Shown here one piece after another: positions 1 through 12,289 of a stretch of DNA of 64,000 nt; position 1 is the first letter of the stretch; each line of letters opens with the position of its first letter. Below the pieces are notes generated by a model. That model was not told the origin of the DNA and did not search any database. It was given only the letters and a program-made list of their open reading frames with translations. This DNA is from Hemiscyllium ocellatum (lineage: Eukaryota). The stretch is taken from assembly GCF_020745735.1 (NCBI RefSeq), contig NC_083447.1, positions 21,346,755 to 21,410,754 on the forward strand, written 5' to 3'. A program made the position numbers and the translations under genes.

Positions 1-970
1 CTTATAACTCTCAATCGCCCCAACTGAACCTTCACGCCTCATTCTTACATAGGCCGCCCTCTTCCCTTTCACAAGGGATTCCAATTCCCTATTAAACCAC
101 GGCTCCCTCACAAGACCCTTTACTCCCTGCCTGACTGGTACATACTTATCAAGGACACTCAATAGGTGTTCCTTGAACAATCTCCACATATCATTAGTGT
201 TCTTCTCCTGAAGCCTGTTTTTCCAATCCACGCATCCTAAGTCATGCCTCACCGCATCATAATTTCCCTGTCCCCAGCTATAGCTCTTGCCCTGCAGTGC
301 ACACTTATCCCTCTCCATCACTAAAGTAAAAGTCACCGAGTTGTGGTCACTGTCCCCGAAGTGCTCACCTACCTCCAAGTCTAACACCTGGCCTGGTTCA
401 TTACCTAGAACCAAATCCAGTATAGCCTCACCTCTTGTTGGCCTGTCTACATATTGTGTCAGGAAACCCTCCTGCACACATTGGACAAACACCAACCCAT
501 CTAACGAACTCGAGCTATAGCTTTCCCAGTCAATATCTGGGAAGTTAAAGTCCCCCATAACAACCACCCTGCTACTTTCACTCTTCTCCTGAATCATCCC
601 GCAATACTATCTTCTACTTCTCTCGGACTATTGGGAGGCCTGTAGAAAACACCTAACAGGGTGAGCTCACCTTTCCTATTTCTAACCTCAGCCCAAACTA
701 CCTCATATGGCAAATCTTCCTCCATCGTCCTTTCCACCGCTGTAATGCTATCCTTGACAAGCAATGCCACACCTCCCCCTCTTTTACCCCCATGTCTGAC
801 CCTACTAAAACATTTAAACCCTGGAACCTGCAACAGCCATTCCTGCCCCTGTTCTACCCACATCTCTGTAATGGCCACAACATCGAAGTCCCAGTTACAA
901 ACCCATGCTGCAAGTTCACCTACCTTATTTCTTATACTTCTGGCATTGAAGTATACACACTTCAAGCCAC
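1..970 (-). mobile_element. CR1-type LINE fragment (ORF2 endonuclease region), runs off the left edge of the window
   Basis: Minus ORF 594-965 KCVYFNARSIRNK...DVVAITE...GGGVALLVK...GVFYRPPN is an APE-type endonuclease N-terminus. Bases 1-650 align closely with the CR1 copy at 8195-8828. A 1-nt deletion near 600 breaks the frame. Confidence 0.9.
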
Positions 971-2200
971 CTTTCTGTTTACACCTTTCTTCTCACTCTC
1001 CTTTCTCCCTTTTTTTTTCTCTCTCTCTTTCATGCTCCCTTTCCTCCCTCTCTCTTTGCTCAGCCAAGAACCTTTTCTTCTCTCTCTTTTTCCTCCCTCT
1101 TTCTCCTCTCTCTTTTTCTCTCCCTTTGTTTGCCTTCTAATTTCATTTTCCTCAATTGGAAGTTATGTTTTTCTACCTCTCCTGCACTTGTCTGTTTCTC
1201 TGACACAACTAAGTGTTTGAGTAATTCCCTTACAATTTCAGCTTTACTTTTGTCCTTGGTTAAACCTAAATCTAACTTCTTTGCTAATTTTAAAAGTATG
1301 GCCTTTTTCTTTCCTTCTAAACTTTCTTGGCAAATTTGAGAATCATCTGCAAATCCCAGAGTCTCTTCGGCAATCGTAAGAGCCATTTCTTTCACTTCTG
1401 CTTTAATCAACCACAAGTCAACAAAATCAAACAAATTGTCTCAACTGTGTTTTATTTAAAGATTTAGGACACTAACCTGCAAGTGTTTATATCTAATGGG
1501 ATTTTTTGTGTCCCCCAAGTCTATTCAACTCTGTCTATATCAGTTCAAATCACGGACCCGAGCCCCTAAACACAGGGTCAACCCTCCTGCTAAATTTGAA
1601 ACCAGCAACACGGAAAAGATTTATCCCGTGCAGTAATCTGTAAACATTCGAGTTGCCAAGAACTATTAATAGTAAAAATTAACAACTTTATTTCTTAACA
1701 TATAACAGAGAATAATTAACTAACCACTATTTACAATTTCTTCTTTTATTTTCCCTTCTATAATACTAGTCCCTTACGAACTGAATGGCACAGTGTCTCA
1801 GTGGTTAGCACTGCTGCCTCACAGTGCCAGGGACCTGGGTTTGATTCCCACCTCTGGTGACTTGTCTGTGTGGAGTTTGCATATTCTCTCTGTGTCTGCG
1901 ATGGTCTCCCTCTGGGTATTCTGGTTTCCTCCCACAATCCAAAGATGTGACTGTCAGGTGAATTGGCCATGCTAAATTGTCCATAGTGTTAGGTGCATTA
2001 GTAAGGGGTGTGGGTTATACTTTGGAGGGTTGGTGTGGACTTGTTGGGCTGAAAGGCCTGCTTCATACTGTAGAGAATCTAAAACTCCGTATTAAGATTT
2101 ACAAAACCAGACAGCTTTTGTTCTTCTATTCGGATCTTCCTGTATCTTCTATTCTTCTTAGGAATCTCTGCGTCACAGGTTACTGATCAAAAAGGTACTT
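971..2200 (-). mobile_element. Gypsy LTR retrotransposon 5' part: probable 5' LTR (split by a SINE), PBS-like site, gag N-terminus
   Basis: Minus ORF 1060-1434 (KKKAILLKLAKKLDLGLTKDKSKAEIVRELLKHL then a charged coiled coil) resembles Gypsy gag. Minus-strand TTAGGGGCTCGGGTCCGTGAT at 1549-1569 resembles the tRNA-Pro PBS TGGGGGCTCGTCCGGGAT. LTR limits are tentative. Confidence 0.6.
1786..2082 (+). mobile_element. tRNA-derived SINE (HE1-like, shark)
   Basis: GGCACAGTGTCTCAGTGGTTAGCACTGCTGCCTCACAG head with a B-box-like GGTTTGATTCC and a GGACTTGTTGGGCTGAAAGGCCTG tail; same family as 42344-42660. Confidence 0.9.
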
Positions 2201-2214
2201 GTAAGATACTGTTT

Positions 2215-4434
2215 TCAGGCAGTCTGTTTACATGCCGGGCTTGTCAGTTTTCCTCTCAACTGTTCAATTTCTCCCAGTCTTAGACCCCCAAAGCACCGGT
2301 TTGTGTCATTGAGTTTTAAGATTGTCAGTATACTCAATTCAAACTGGATTGGAGTTTGATATTTTTCAGGCTGTAATTTAAACTGATTGACAGAATTCAA
2401 ATTTGTTTTTCGTCTCCAGGCAACGAGCTAATCGAGTTGTTCGACCAAGTGTTACATTGTTACCTTATTGAGAACACTTGGTGGTGTGTCAGGTAGTTCT
2501 GCTGCTTTTAACTCTCTTAAAGTACACCCACATCTTCATAACATTGGGAATGCAGATGGGTTCGAATAGGAGAAGAAGTCATCCTTGCCCATGTCCCTGA
2601 AGAGTGCTACAAGGGAATCCTGGAAAATCATCAGATAGCAGAGGCTCAGCTTACAAGAACCAACATTGCAAATTGTCTGGTACTCTTTTTGACTTGTAAC
2701 TGCAATGGAGGAAAGATAGTTAACTCTCCCCAAACCATGATCCATCCTTTGCATATTCTGATAAAAACAGCGTTAGAGTTCGCTACACATGGTATTATAT
2801 CATCATTACATAACTGACGGTTACTTTTGACATACCCATCACAAGACCATTCATTTCTAGTTTCACTTATTTGTATCCACAAGGTCTGCAACATTCGCTT
2901 GAGTAGTTGCTGAGTTGGTGGGGTTGTGTATTTTACAGTTGGTCGCGTGTGCCCATTCCTGACATTCTTCCAATTTAATGGCAGTTTGAGCGGGCAATAG
3001 CACTTGTTACGGTCCCTTCCATCTAGGAGAGAGAAAGCATTTATTAAGAGACCTAACATACAATAAATCACCAGGTCTAAAAAGTTGCATGTTTGACCCA
3101 TGGAAATTTGGCATGGCTTCTATTACCTTTGAATAATTTGCCTGAGCTGCTTCGCTCAGGACTTGGGTGTATTGTCAGGTCTTCTTATCTATCCACATCA
3201 GGGCTATTTCTGATGTAGACAGAGGGGGTCGGGTGCCAGTCATCATATGTCTCGCCATAAGAGTTTCGACCAGAGTTATACCAGTGGTTCCACTAACCCA
3301 GTTTCAGAGGGTGTACAGGATAATAGGCAAGGCTTCAGACCACTTTAATCCAGCTTCCTGGCAAGTCTTTGCAACTGTATTTTTTAGCATCTTGTTAGTT
3401 TGTTCCACTATTCCTAAGGACTGGGGCTGATTAGGAATATGAACCTTCCACACAAATCCCAATACTGCACTCAGTGCTGTTACTATTTTTCCAGTAAAGT
3501 GGGTATGCCTGTCACTATTCATTTATTCCAGTATTCCAAAACGGGGGATTATATCTTTCATGACATTTTGCTGCTGTTTGGGCATCATCCCTTCTGATGG
3601 AAAATGCCTCTATCCTTCTCTAGAACATATCTACTATGGCCAGTATGTATTTAAACCCTCCTGAGGGAGTCATATGAACAAAATCATTCTGCAAGTTTCC
3701 AATGGCCCTTCGGGGATAGGTGGATGATCAAACTGTGCAGGTGTTCTTCCTCTATTGTACTGTTGGCAAATAACACATGTTTCGGCTGTGTGTTTTAAAA
3801 TAGTAAATATGCTGGGACCAAGCCACTGTTGGGCAATTTAATATAGCATACCTCCTTTTTCTACTTTCCCCTGCCCATGCACCAGCCGGGAAAGGGTATG
3901 GAGGAGAGTATGTGGACAGACCACCCTGCCAACAGGATGTTGCCAAAGACCAGAAGAATCAGGAGAGCATTCAGCATGAGCCCAGAAATCATGCTCTGCC
4001 TCTACAGCCACTTCCTGCACCTGGAGAGCTGCTATAAGGTTGACAGTGGAAGGGACTTCTATCTTAACCAAGGAGGGGACCATGACCGCACACATCCGAG
4101 TGGCCTCATGGGTGGCAGCATTGTGACGCGGGACACCTCGTCCTTAGAGGTAGTATGAACTTCACATTTGACAACCGCAATAGGTTGTTTATAAGAGTCA
4201 TATGTTGAATAGGTTTACCGGTTGAGGTAATAAACCCACGACATTTTCAGAGAGTACAGAAGTCATGGACCACCCAAATGCATAATGGGAATCAGTATAA
4301 ATGTTAATGGATTTTCCCATGGCAAGGATACATGCATGGGTATGGGTAAAGAGTTTAGCAACCTGGGCTGAAGTCCGGACAGAGAATGCATGCCTCTCGC
4401 ATTTCAAAGGGTGTAATGACTGCGTAACTGGCAT
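2215..4434 (-). mobile_element. Endogenous retrovirus relic 1 (class I, epsilon-like): RNase H, linker, integrase, then an env-like or accessory ORF
   Basis: RNase H SAQVA..GKSINIYTDSHYAFG (4198-4434); linker/IN N-terminus SGLWQHPVGRVVCP..HGQGKVEKGGM (3838-4095); IN core NSDRHTHFTGKIV..PQSLGIVEQTNKMLK..GLKWSEALP (3304-3522). Multiple stops and frameshifts. Confidence 0.85.
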
Positions 4435-4845
4435 CAGTGAACATGAACAAAAGAAAACAGAATTTAGAATAACTTAACTTCTGGAAAACTTAACTGACCT
4501 GATACAGTAACTATTACTAATTAGCTGTTCCAATACAGTAATATCCTGCAAACACCTTGGCAAAAAGACATTCAGACAAAGATTCTTACACCAGGAGAGA
4601 ATAATATCAAAAGAGAGATCTCAGAAGTAAGGTCAGAGGAGTTCTTTACTGTAGCTTGCAACTCCCCTGGACTTTCACATGTTGTGACTGCTATAGCTAA
4701 AACAAGCTGGGAAAAAGACCTGAACTAGGAGAACTGGCCACTCCCCTTCCATTTTTAAACTAGTCTTCAGCACCTTTGTCTTTATGACCTCTGTTGAAAA
4801 AAACCAAGCACAAAATAATGTTTTTAAAGTGACAGCATTGTTACA
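4435..4845 (-). mobile_element. 3' LTR (truncated) of the Gmr1-like Gypsy element
   Basis: Minus strand shows a polypurine tract (AAAGGTGGGGAGG) directly followed by TGTAACA at 4845, just downstream of the RNase H remnant. The distal end was not found. Confidence 0.7.
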
Positions 4846-6311
4846 CCTCCCCACCTTTAAAAAAATGAACCATCAATATACAAGGATAGCTTCATTTTAA
4901 ACCCTTTAGTCGTACTCAGTTAATACACTACAACACATATTTATTACATTGACTCTAGGCATGCAAACAAACATTTGCTCCAACATTCTATTTCAGTCCG
5001 TTTACTCTGCCACTGAACATCACTGTTTTTCATCCAAGTCTTGACAATGCGACAGCAATTATGTTTTCTCATCTTGCAACATGTATACTTTTCAAATTTA
5101 ATGGCTGCAGTAATAAGCTCCATCCAAACATCTGGAATTTGTGTCCTTAAATTTCTCCAAACACTTTCCCGGGTTATGATCAGCACATATAACTGTCTGA
5201 AGATACATTGCTGGCAATAAAAATGTGGAAATGTTGTTTCGCCGAGTTCAAAGTCTCCTTCTCAATTGTGGATTATTTCTGCTGATTGTATTCAATTTCT
5301 TGAAAAAATATCTGACCAGTCTTCCTATCTTTTCGTCATCTTTTTGTAAGAGTACAACACTGACACCTACATCAATAGCAACCTCGAACGGATTTATGTA
5401 ATTAGTGTAGCTAATATTGGGCTCATAGTTAACTCAGCTTTCAGGCTGTCAAATACCTTCTGACATTCCTCTGTCAAATGAAATTTTCTGTGCTTCTTCA
5501 ATAATTCATTGGAGTAGCCACACTGCTAAAATTTCCAATAAAACCTCATTGAGGAATTGTATCACTGCTCTCTTCACCTCACCGCCCCACCCCCCCCCCC
5601 ATAACCTTAGTCTTCACATTCTGTGAGGTCATCTGTCAATGTCTGATAACATGGCCCAGAAACCTAACTTTGACTTTGCAAATTCACACTTAGCCAGGTT
5701 TATCACCAAGCTGGCCTCCTGAAGTCGTTTGAATAATTGGGAGAAATGCTGAAAATGTTCCTTCCATGTGTGACTAAAATAATCACGAGGTCGTTGACAT
5801 ACCACAAAATGGGTTAATCCCGAAATGACTTCATTGATTAGTCTTTGAAATGTGGATGGTGCACTTTCTTACCCAATAGCATGACTTTAAATTGGTTTAG
5901 TTCATTCAGTGTTAGAAAAGCTGCAACACACTTCGATATGTTTTCTTGGAGCAGGTGTTCAATCTCTTTTTGCACCGGCACCAACTTTAGAGGGTTAGGT
6001 CAAAAAGGATGTTGCTTTAATGGAACAGCACTTCCTGTAATTAAATCATGCATTATTAGATTAGTACTTCCCAAATTATTCCCACATATCTCCCCATGCA
6101 ATGGTAATAACTCTTTCAGGTCATTTCGCTTTTACTCTGGAAAGTAACTCAATAATTTATCCCAATTTTTGACAACTTCCTCATTGTCCAATTGAATTTG
6201 ATAAATGTCCAATTCAGAATTCTCTGTACTTGTTTCTTCACTTTGTGTTGTAACCAGAAACACAGTCTCCTTTTGCTTTCCTTCCCTGTCAAAATACCTT
6301 TTGAGTATATT
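4846..6311 (-). mobile_element. Gmr1-like Gypsy pol: integrase tail, RT and RNase H (degenerate)
   Basis: NILKRYFDREG (6132-6314); HD..GSAVPLKQHP..NPLKL..VQKEIE RT N-terminus; YVNDLV..SHTWKEH RT motif; DHNP RNase H motif. Many stops and deletions. Confidence 0.85.
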
Positions 6312-8828
6312 CATAGAACATAGAAGGATACAGCGCAGTACAGGCCCTTCGGCCCTCGATGTTGCGCCGACCGAATCCTACCTAACCTATACTAGCCCAA
6401 TAACTTCCAAATGCCTATCCAATGCCCGCTTAAATGACCATAAAGAAGGAGAGTTCACCACTGATACGGGCAGGGCATTCCATGAACTCACAACCCGCTG
6501 TGTGAAGAATCTACCCCTAACATCTGTCCTATACCTACCACCCCTTAATTTAAAGCTATGTCCCCTAGTAACACCTGACTCCATTAGCGGTAAAAGGTTC
6601 TTAGTATCTACCCTATCTAAACCCCTAATCATCTTATACACTTCTATCAGATCTCCCCTAAACCTTCTCTTCTCCAATGAGAACAGCCCCAAGTGCCTCA
6701 GCCTTTCCTCATAAGATTTTCCTACCATTCCAGGCAACATCCTGGTAAACCTCCTCTGCACTCGTTGTAAAGCTTCCACATCCTTCCTATAGTATGGCGA
6801 CCAAAACTGCACACAATACTCCAGATGAGGCCTCACCAGAGTCTTATACAACTGCAACATGACCTCAGGACTCCGGAACTCAATTCCTCTGCCAATAAAG
6901 CCCAGTACACCATATGCCTTCCTCACAGCACTATTTACCTGGGTGGCAACTTTCAGAGATCTGTGTACATAGACACCAAGATCCCTCTGCTCATCCACAC
7001 TACCAAGTAGCCTACCATTAGCCCAGTAATCCATCATCTTGTTATTCCTACCAAAGTGAACGACTTCGCACTTAGCTACATTGAATTCCATTTGCCACAT
7101 TTCCGCCCAGCTCTGCAACTTATCTATATCCCGCTGTAACCTACCACTTCCTTCCTCACTATCCACAACTCCACCGACTTTTGTGTCATCCGCAAACTTG
7201 CTTACCCAGCTTTCAAGTCCTTCCTCTAGATCATTTATAAAGATAACAAAAAGCAATGGTCCCAAAACAGATCCTTGTGGTACACCGCTAGTAACTGCGC
7301 TCCAAGATGAACATAATCCATCAACTACTACCCTCTGTCTCCTTCCAGCCAGCCAATTCCTAATCCAAACCTCTAATGTATCCTCAATGCCATACCTCCG
7401 AAGTTTTAGCATTAGCCTACCATGGGGAACCTTATCGAACGCCTTACTAAAATCCATATACACAACATCTACTGTTTTACCCTCATCCACTTCCTTAGTC
7501 ACCTTCTCAAAGAACTCAATAAGGTTTGTGAGGCACGACCTGCCCTTCACAAAACCATGCTGGCTATCCCTGATCACGTTATTCCTACCCAGATGTTCAT
7601 AAATCTTATCCCTTACCATTCTCTCTAAGACTTTGCCCACCACTGAAGTCAGACTCACTGGCCTATAGTTACTAGGGCTATCCCTACTCCCTTTCTTGAA
7701 CAATGGGACCACATTCGCTATCCTCCAGTCCTCTGGTACTATTCCCGTTGACAATGACGACATAAAAATCAAGGCCAATGGCTCTGCTATCTCCTCCCTA
7801 GCTTCCCATAGGATCCTGGGGTAAATGCCATCAGGCCCAGGAGACTTATCTATATTCATCCTTTCCAATATTCCCAAAACCTCTTCCCTGCATATTTCCA
7901 GGGCATCCATTCTAATTATTTGTGATTCCATATTCACATCAGCAACAGTGTCCTGTTCCTGAGTGAATACTGATGAAAAGTACTGATTTAATGTCTCTCC
8001 AATCTCCTCCGCCTCCACACACAACTTCCCACTACTATCCTTGACTGGACCGATACCTACCCTAGTCATCCTTTTATTCTTGACATACCTATAGAAAGCC
8101 TTTGGGTTTTCCCTAATCCTACCAGCTAAAGACTTTTCATGTCCCCTTCTCGCTTCTCTTAGCTCCCTCTTTAGCTCCTTCCTGGCTACCTTATAACTCT
8201 CAATCGCCCCAACTGAACCTTCACGCCTCATCTTTACATATGCCGCCTTCTTCCCTTTCACAAGGGACTCCAATTCCTTACTAAACCACGGCTGCCTCAC
8301 AAGGCCCTTTACACCATGCCTGACTGGTACATACCTATCGAGGACACGCAATAGCTGCTCCTTGAACAATCCCCACATCTCATTAGTGTTCTTCTCTTGA
8401 AGCCTGTTTTTCCAATCCACACATCCTAAGTCATGCCTCACTGCATCATAATTTCCCTGCCCCCAGCTATAGCTCTTGCCCTGCGGCACACGATTATCCC
8501 TCTCCATCACTAAAGTAAAAGTCACCGAGTTGTGGTCACTGTCCCCGAAGTGCTCACCTACCTCCAAGTCTAACACCTGGCCTGGTTCATTACCTAGAAC
8601 CAAATCCAATATAGCCTCCCCTCTTGTTGGCCTGTCGACATATTGTGTCAGGAAACCCTCCTGCACACATTGTACAAACACCGACCCATCTAATGAACTC
8701 GAGCTATAGCTCTCCCAGTCAATATCTGGGAAGTTAAAGTCCCCCATAACAACCACCCTGCTACTTTCACTCTTTTCCTGAATCATCCTCGCAATATTAT
8801 CCTCTACTTCTCTAGGACTATTAGGAGG
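6312..8828 (-). mobile_element. Young 5'-truncated CR1 LINE with uninterrupted ORF2 (partial endonuclease plus RT), inserted in the Gypsy integrase
   Basis: Open frame down to the stop at 6387 containing VVMGDFNFPDIDW, LDLVL, GDSDHNSV, KSPGPDGIYP, NYRPVSLTS, QHGF, DFSKAFDKVPH, GVPQGSVLGP, FADD; 3' tail of (TTCTATG)2 at 6312-6325. Confidence 0.96.
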
Positions 8829-8837
8829 GAAGACAAG

Positions 8838-9510
8838 ACATACTCTGCGAGATTTCTTTCTGTCTAGAATATTTACCAAATAGTTCACCTCACTCAATCT
8901 CCTTTTGATTTCATAAGGTCCACTAAATCTTGCTTGTAAAGGTTCACCTATCACTGGAATTAACACTAACATCTCTGGTACCAAAATTATGAGTTTTTGA
9001 TTTCTTGTTTACTTTCTGTTTCATCATATGCTGCAATGGTTTTAAAAACTGTCTAGCCAACGCCCCCACCCTATTTAATCATTCTTTAAAATTTGACACA
9101 TTGTACAAGTATTGGATCTCTGAATTCTTGCTCACCAATTTTTCCTTAATAAATTTCAGTGGTCCTTCTCACATCATGCCCCAAAATGAATTCAAATGAA
9201 CTAAAGTTGGTCAATTCATTGGTGCATGCCTGATGGCAATAAGTATAAACAGAATTCCTTTATCCCAATCATCTGGATAGTCTTAACTATAATCCCTTAA
9301 CATGATCTTTAAAGTTTGATGCCACCTTTCTAACATTCCTTGTGATTCCAGATGGTACGCAGTGGATTTGATTTGTTTTTATCCTAAGCCATCCATAAAT
9401 TATTTGAATAATGTAAAATGTTAATGTAAAATTTGACCCTTGATCTGATTGTATCTCTGTGGGTAGTCAGTATCTAGTGAAAAATTTGAGTAACTTTTCT
9501 GTTGACTCAG
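8838..9510 (-). mobile_element. Gmr1-like Gypsy integrase (core and C-terminal region)
   Basis: LPTEIQSDQGSNF, STAYHLESQGMLERWHQTLK, DYPDDWDKG, GEPLQARFSGPYEIKRRLSEVNY..RRVC. It lies upstream of RT on the minus strand, the Gmr1-type domain order. Confidence 0.88.
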
Positions 9511-9989
9511 AAATCTCAGACCACACTTAAGTTACAAACAGAACACACTTGATTGCAACTAAGCTGGCGAGAGGTCAATAGTCAACAATTCAGAATATCA
9601 GTCATAGATATCCCTGAATATACTAATCTGATTTCTAACAGAAAGGCAGCATATTTTATAGCCCTTAATTAACAATTTTGCATGTTTCATTCCCACACAA
9701 TGTAATGTTAAGTTCTCATAAGTAAAAGTAGATAAAGCAAGCCGGTTAACAATGTTCTGTTGAACAGCCTAATTATAGTACTCAGAAGAAGCATATATGG
9801 AAACATCTCCAAGGTTATGCAGAGACTCATACATTCTTGCAATTCATTTTCTCATGGTCACTGTGACAGCAGCTGCTATTTTTAACTTGTAAGGCAATTT
9901 TTTTAAATTGCAAAATAGAGACTTACAAAATGGAAACTTATAACTATTAATTCCCCAAAACTTTATCATTTCCTCCTTTTGATCATTTT

Positions 9990-12270
9990 ATGATCAACCA
10001 GGCCATTCCTAAAGCCTATAATGACAGCAACCAGATATTAGTGACCATAAGCATTTAAATGTGAGAATGCAGGCAATTCCAGCAAGTAATGTAGTCCCAA
10101 AGTGGAAAAACATGCCCCTAATATTCCCAAAGCAACCCTTAAATGGCCACCATCCTCTAAGACTACTGAACATACCATAATCTACATCGCTGAATTTCTG
10201 GACATCCTGGATAATGTGCTTGGAGAGATCAGTGATGTTGGAGGATCTGTCAGGAATAAAGGTACAACATGCCTTTCCTACAATGGCACAAGTGCCACCC
10301 TCCTTAGCAAGTAGAAAGTCCAAGGCCAAACAATTCTGAAGGGTCACTGTTCTGATGGCAAACAGTTCGGCATTGATGTTAGTCAGGGCATTTACAGTAT
10401 TATTAGCAATGATATCCAGTATTTTCCTTAACCTACTTAATTCATTGCCCTGCAAGTGGAGTCCAATGAGGGGGAAGCCATCCCAATAAGGCTAAGGAAA
10501 CCGGGGAGGTACCTCTTGGTCCTTGGGGGGTGAAAGTAATTCATCTAAATGAGAGCAACTATATACCCTATATAACATGATCCCCACCAGTCTGAGGGGA
10601 GCCACGGATAGGCTTTGTGTCCACGAATAAAGGACATGCCTTTATAGATGGTTAGGCTAGAATAAGCTCTCCAAGCCCTGGGAGTAGGGCTATTCCAGAG
10701 GCACCCTGATGTTTTATTAAGGACGGCAGACCAATCAAACAAAAAAAAATAAATTTAGTCAGATTTTCATTAAGTTCAATTCATGGCATAGTGAAGGAGT
10801 ATTAGCTAGTCCCTATATATAAGCCACTGGAGAAATTCCCATCTTTACTATAGCAAATGGTGTCATTGATTATATTATTAAAGAATGCCAGGAAAGGGCG
10901 TTTATGGGATCAGTTGTAGCCAGGTTGGTACCAATCCCTGAATAGGGTCATCTCATATCCTGCTGACTGCCAGTGTTGAACTTCTTTAACTCTTTCTGAA
11001 TCATCAGAACAGTCCTGGTGTATTAGTCATTTGATCACCTCAGGCCAGCTAAAGGTAAGGAGACCGGGCAGGACACAAAGGAATACCCTCCCTATGAATA
11101 AGGTGGCGTATAAGCACATACCCAATGATCAGTACTTTTCCCACCATTTGGGCACTTTGATAAGCCAACTATAAAAAGGCATTATGAAATATAGATTGTC
11201 CTGGTCACCATCCCGGGGACAAAGTACTGTCAGCATGAAAGCCTTCTGTTCCCCCAAAGTCTTCAAAGTCACCAGTATCCAATACATTTTTTCTTAGTCC
11301 TTGTCTGTTCCTTCACTGACTCATTTGCAGTCTGTTCAATGGATTCAGTAGAGTTGTCCTTGCACCTTTACAGCCATGGGGGGGGGGGGGCGGGGTCAGA
11401 AACACCTGAAATGATCCTTTCTGCCTCAGCTTCGATTTTCGCTGATCCCAATTCTTAATCAGGACAAAATCTCCAGGTTCTACAGTAGGGTAGTCTCCCT
11501 AAAATGATAGGCTCAGTGTACCTGTGAATGTGAACTTTGAGGAATTTTGATTAACTCATGCAGATATTTTCCCACTTTTTCATGGCTGGTGTAGCAGTAT
11601 TATCAGTCATTGGGATTAGTTTGATCCATCTACTGAATACACCTACTATTACCAGACAATATTTACAAAAATGTACTATAAGTAATTCTGTAAAATCAAG
11701 TTGTCAACAAGTAAAAGGCCCGCTCAGCAAGAGAGTGGTTCCAGAATCGCTGGGCATTCCTTATCCAGTATTCATCTTTTTGCAAATCAAACATCGTTCA
11801 GCTCTTTTCTCAGCTGCTTTCTGGAAATCCAGGTGCCACCATGTTTGTAATAAAGTATTAACCATTCCCTCCTTGCCCAAGTGTGTACAATTGTGCACAT
11901 AATCATTAAGACAAGTAGGAGCAATGAAGAAACACAAACTTGTCACGCAGGGGTAACCCACAGCTTGGTTTGAGTATTGAGGGAGCCCCCAACTTGAGTC
12001 CATAGTTTGTCCTCCTCAGCAGGGGCTTTCCCCTGTACATTCTGTACCTGGTCCTATTCAACCCCGTCAGGGCTGGCACATGCTGTATCAGGATCATGAG
12101 TTGCTGGACATATTTGGTTTTTATCTGTAACTTGGATCAAGGGTTGTGCTTGTTCTGGTATCCCAGTAGAAGACCACCATTCGTCTCATTAGCAACCGGG
12201 AATACTTGGACCAATTTGGATTGGTTGTCCAGACTAATCAGTGAGACCAGAAGGAATAAATAACAACAGC
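9990..12270 (-). mobile_element. Endogenous retrovirus relic 2: integrase zinc finger and partial core, env SU remnant, env TM
   Basis: HNCTHLGKEGM..CLIC zinc finger (11761-12003); QLDFTE..CLVIVGVFSRWI core; TM ORF 10009-10455. Confidence 0.85.
10009..10455 (-). pseudogene. env: Retroviral env transmembrane subunit (gamma-type TM), relic 2
   Basis: LQNCLALDFLLAKEGGTCAIVGKACCTFIP: immunosuppressive-domain-like motif plus CX7CC-type loop, heptad repeat, hydrophobic anchor and a stop. The upstream SU is disrupted. Confidence 0.88.
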
Positions 12271-12289
12271 ATAACGTTAATCAAAAGTG

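Noticed and set aside
3877-4158. Plus-strand 93-aa ORF, at first taken for a foreign insert in the ERV
   Set aside because: The minus strand encodes the normal RNase H-integrase linker (SGLWQHPVGRVVCP..HGQGKVEKGGM), so the plus ORF is an antisense shadow.
1575-4845. Idea that the two Gypsy LTR pieces are one LTR split by the ERV (tandem elements sharing an LTR)
   Set aside because: The two pieces appear to cover equivalent LTR regions with different sequence, so they look like separate families. This was not tested by alignment to a consensus.
6387-8984. 865-aa ORF as a host gene or novel integrase-RT protein
   Set aside because: It is explained by a CR1 insertion junction with a 9-nt filler. 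It is reported as a mobile-element finding instead.
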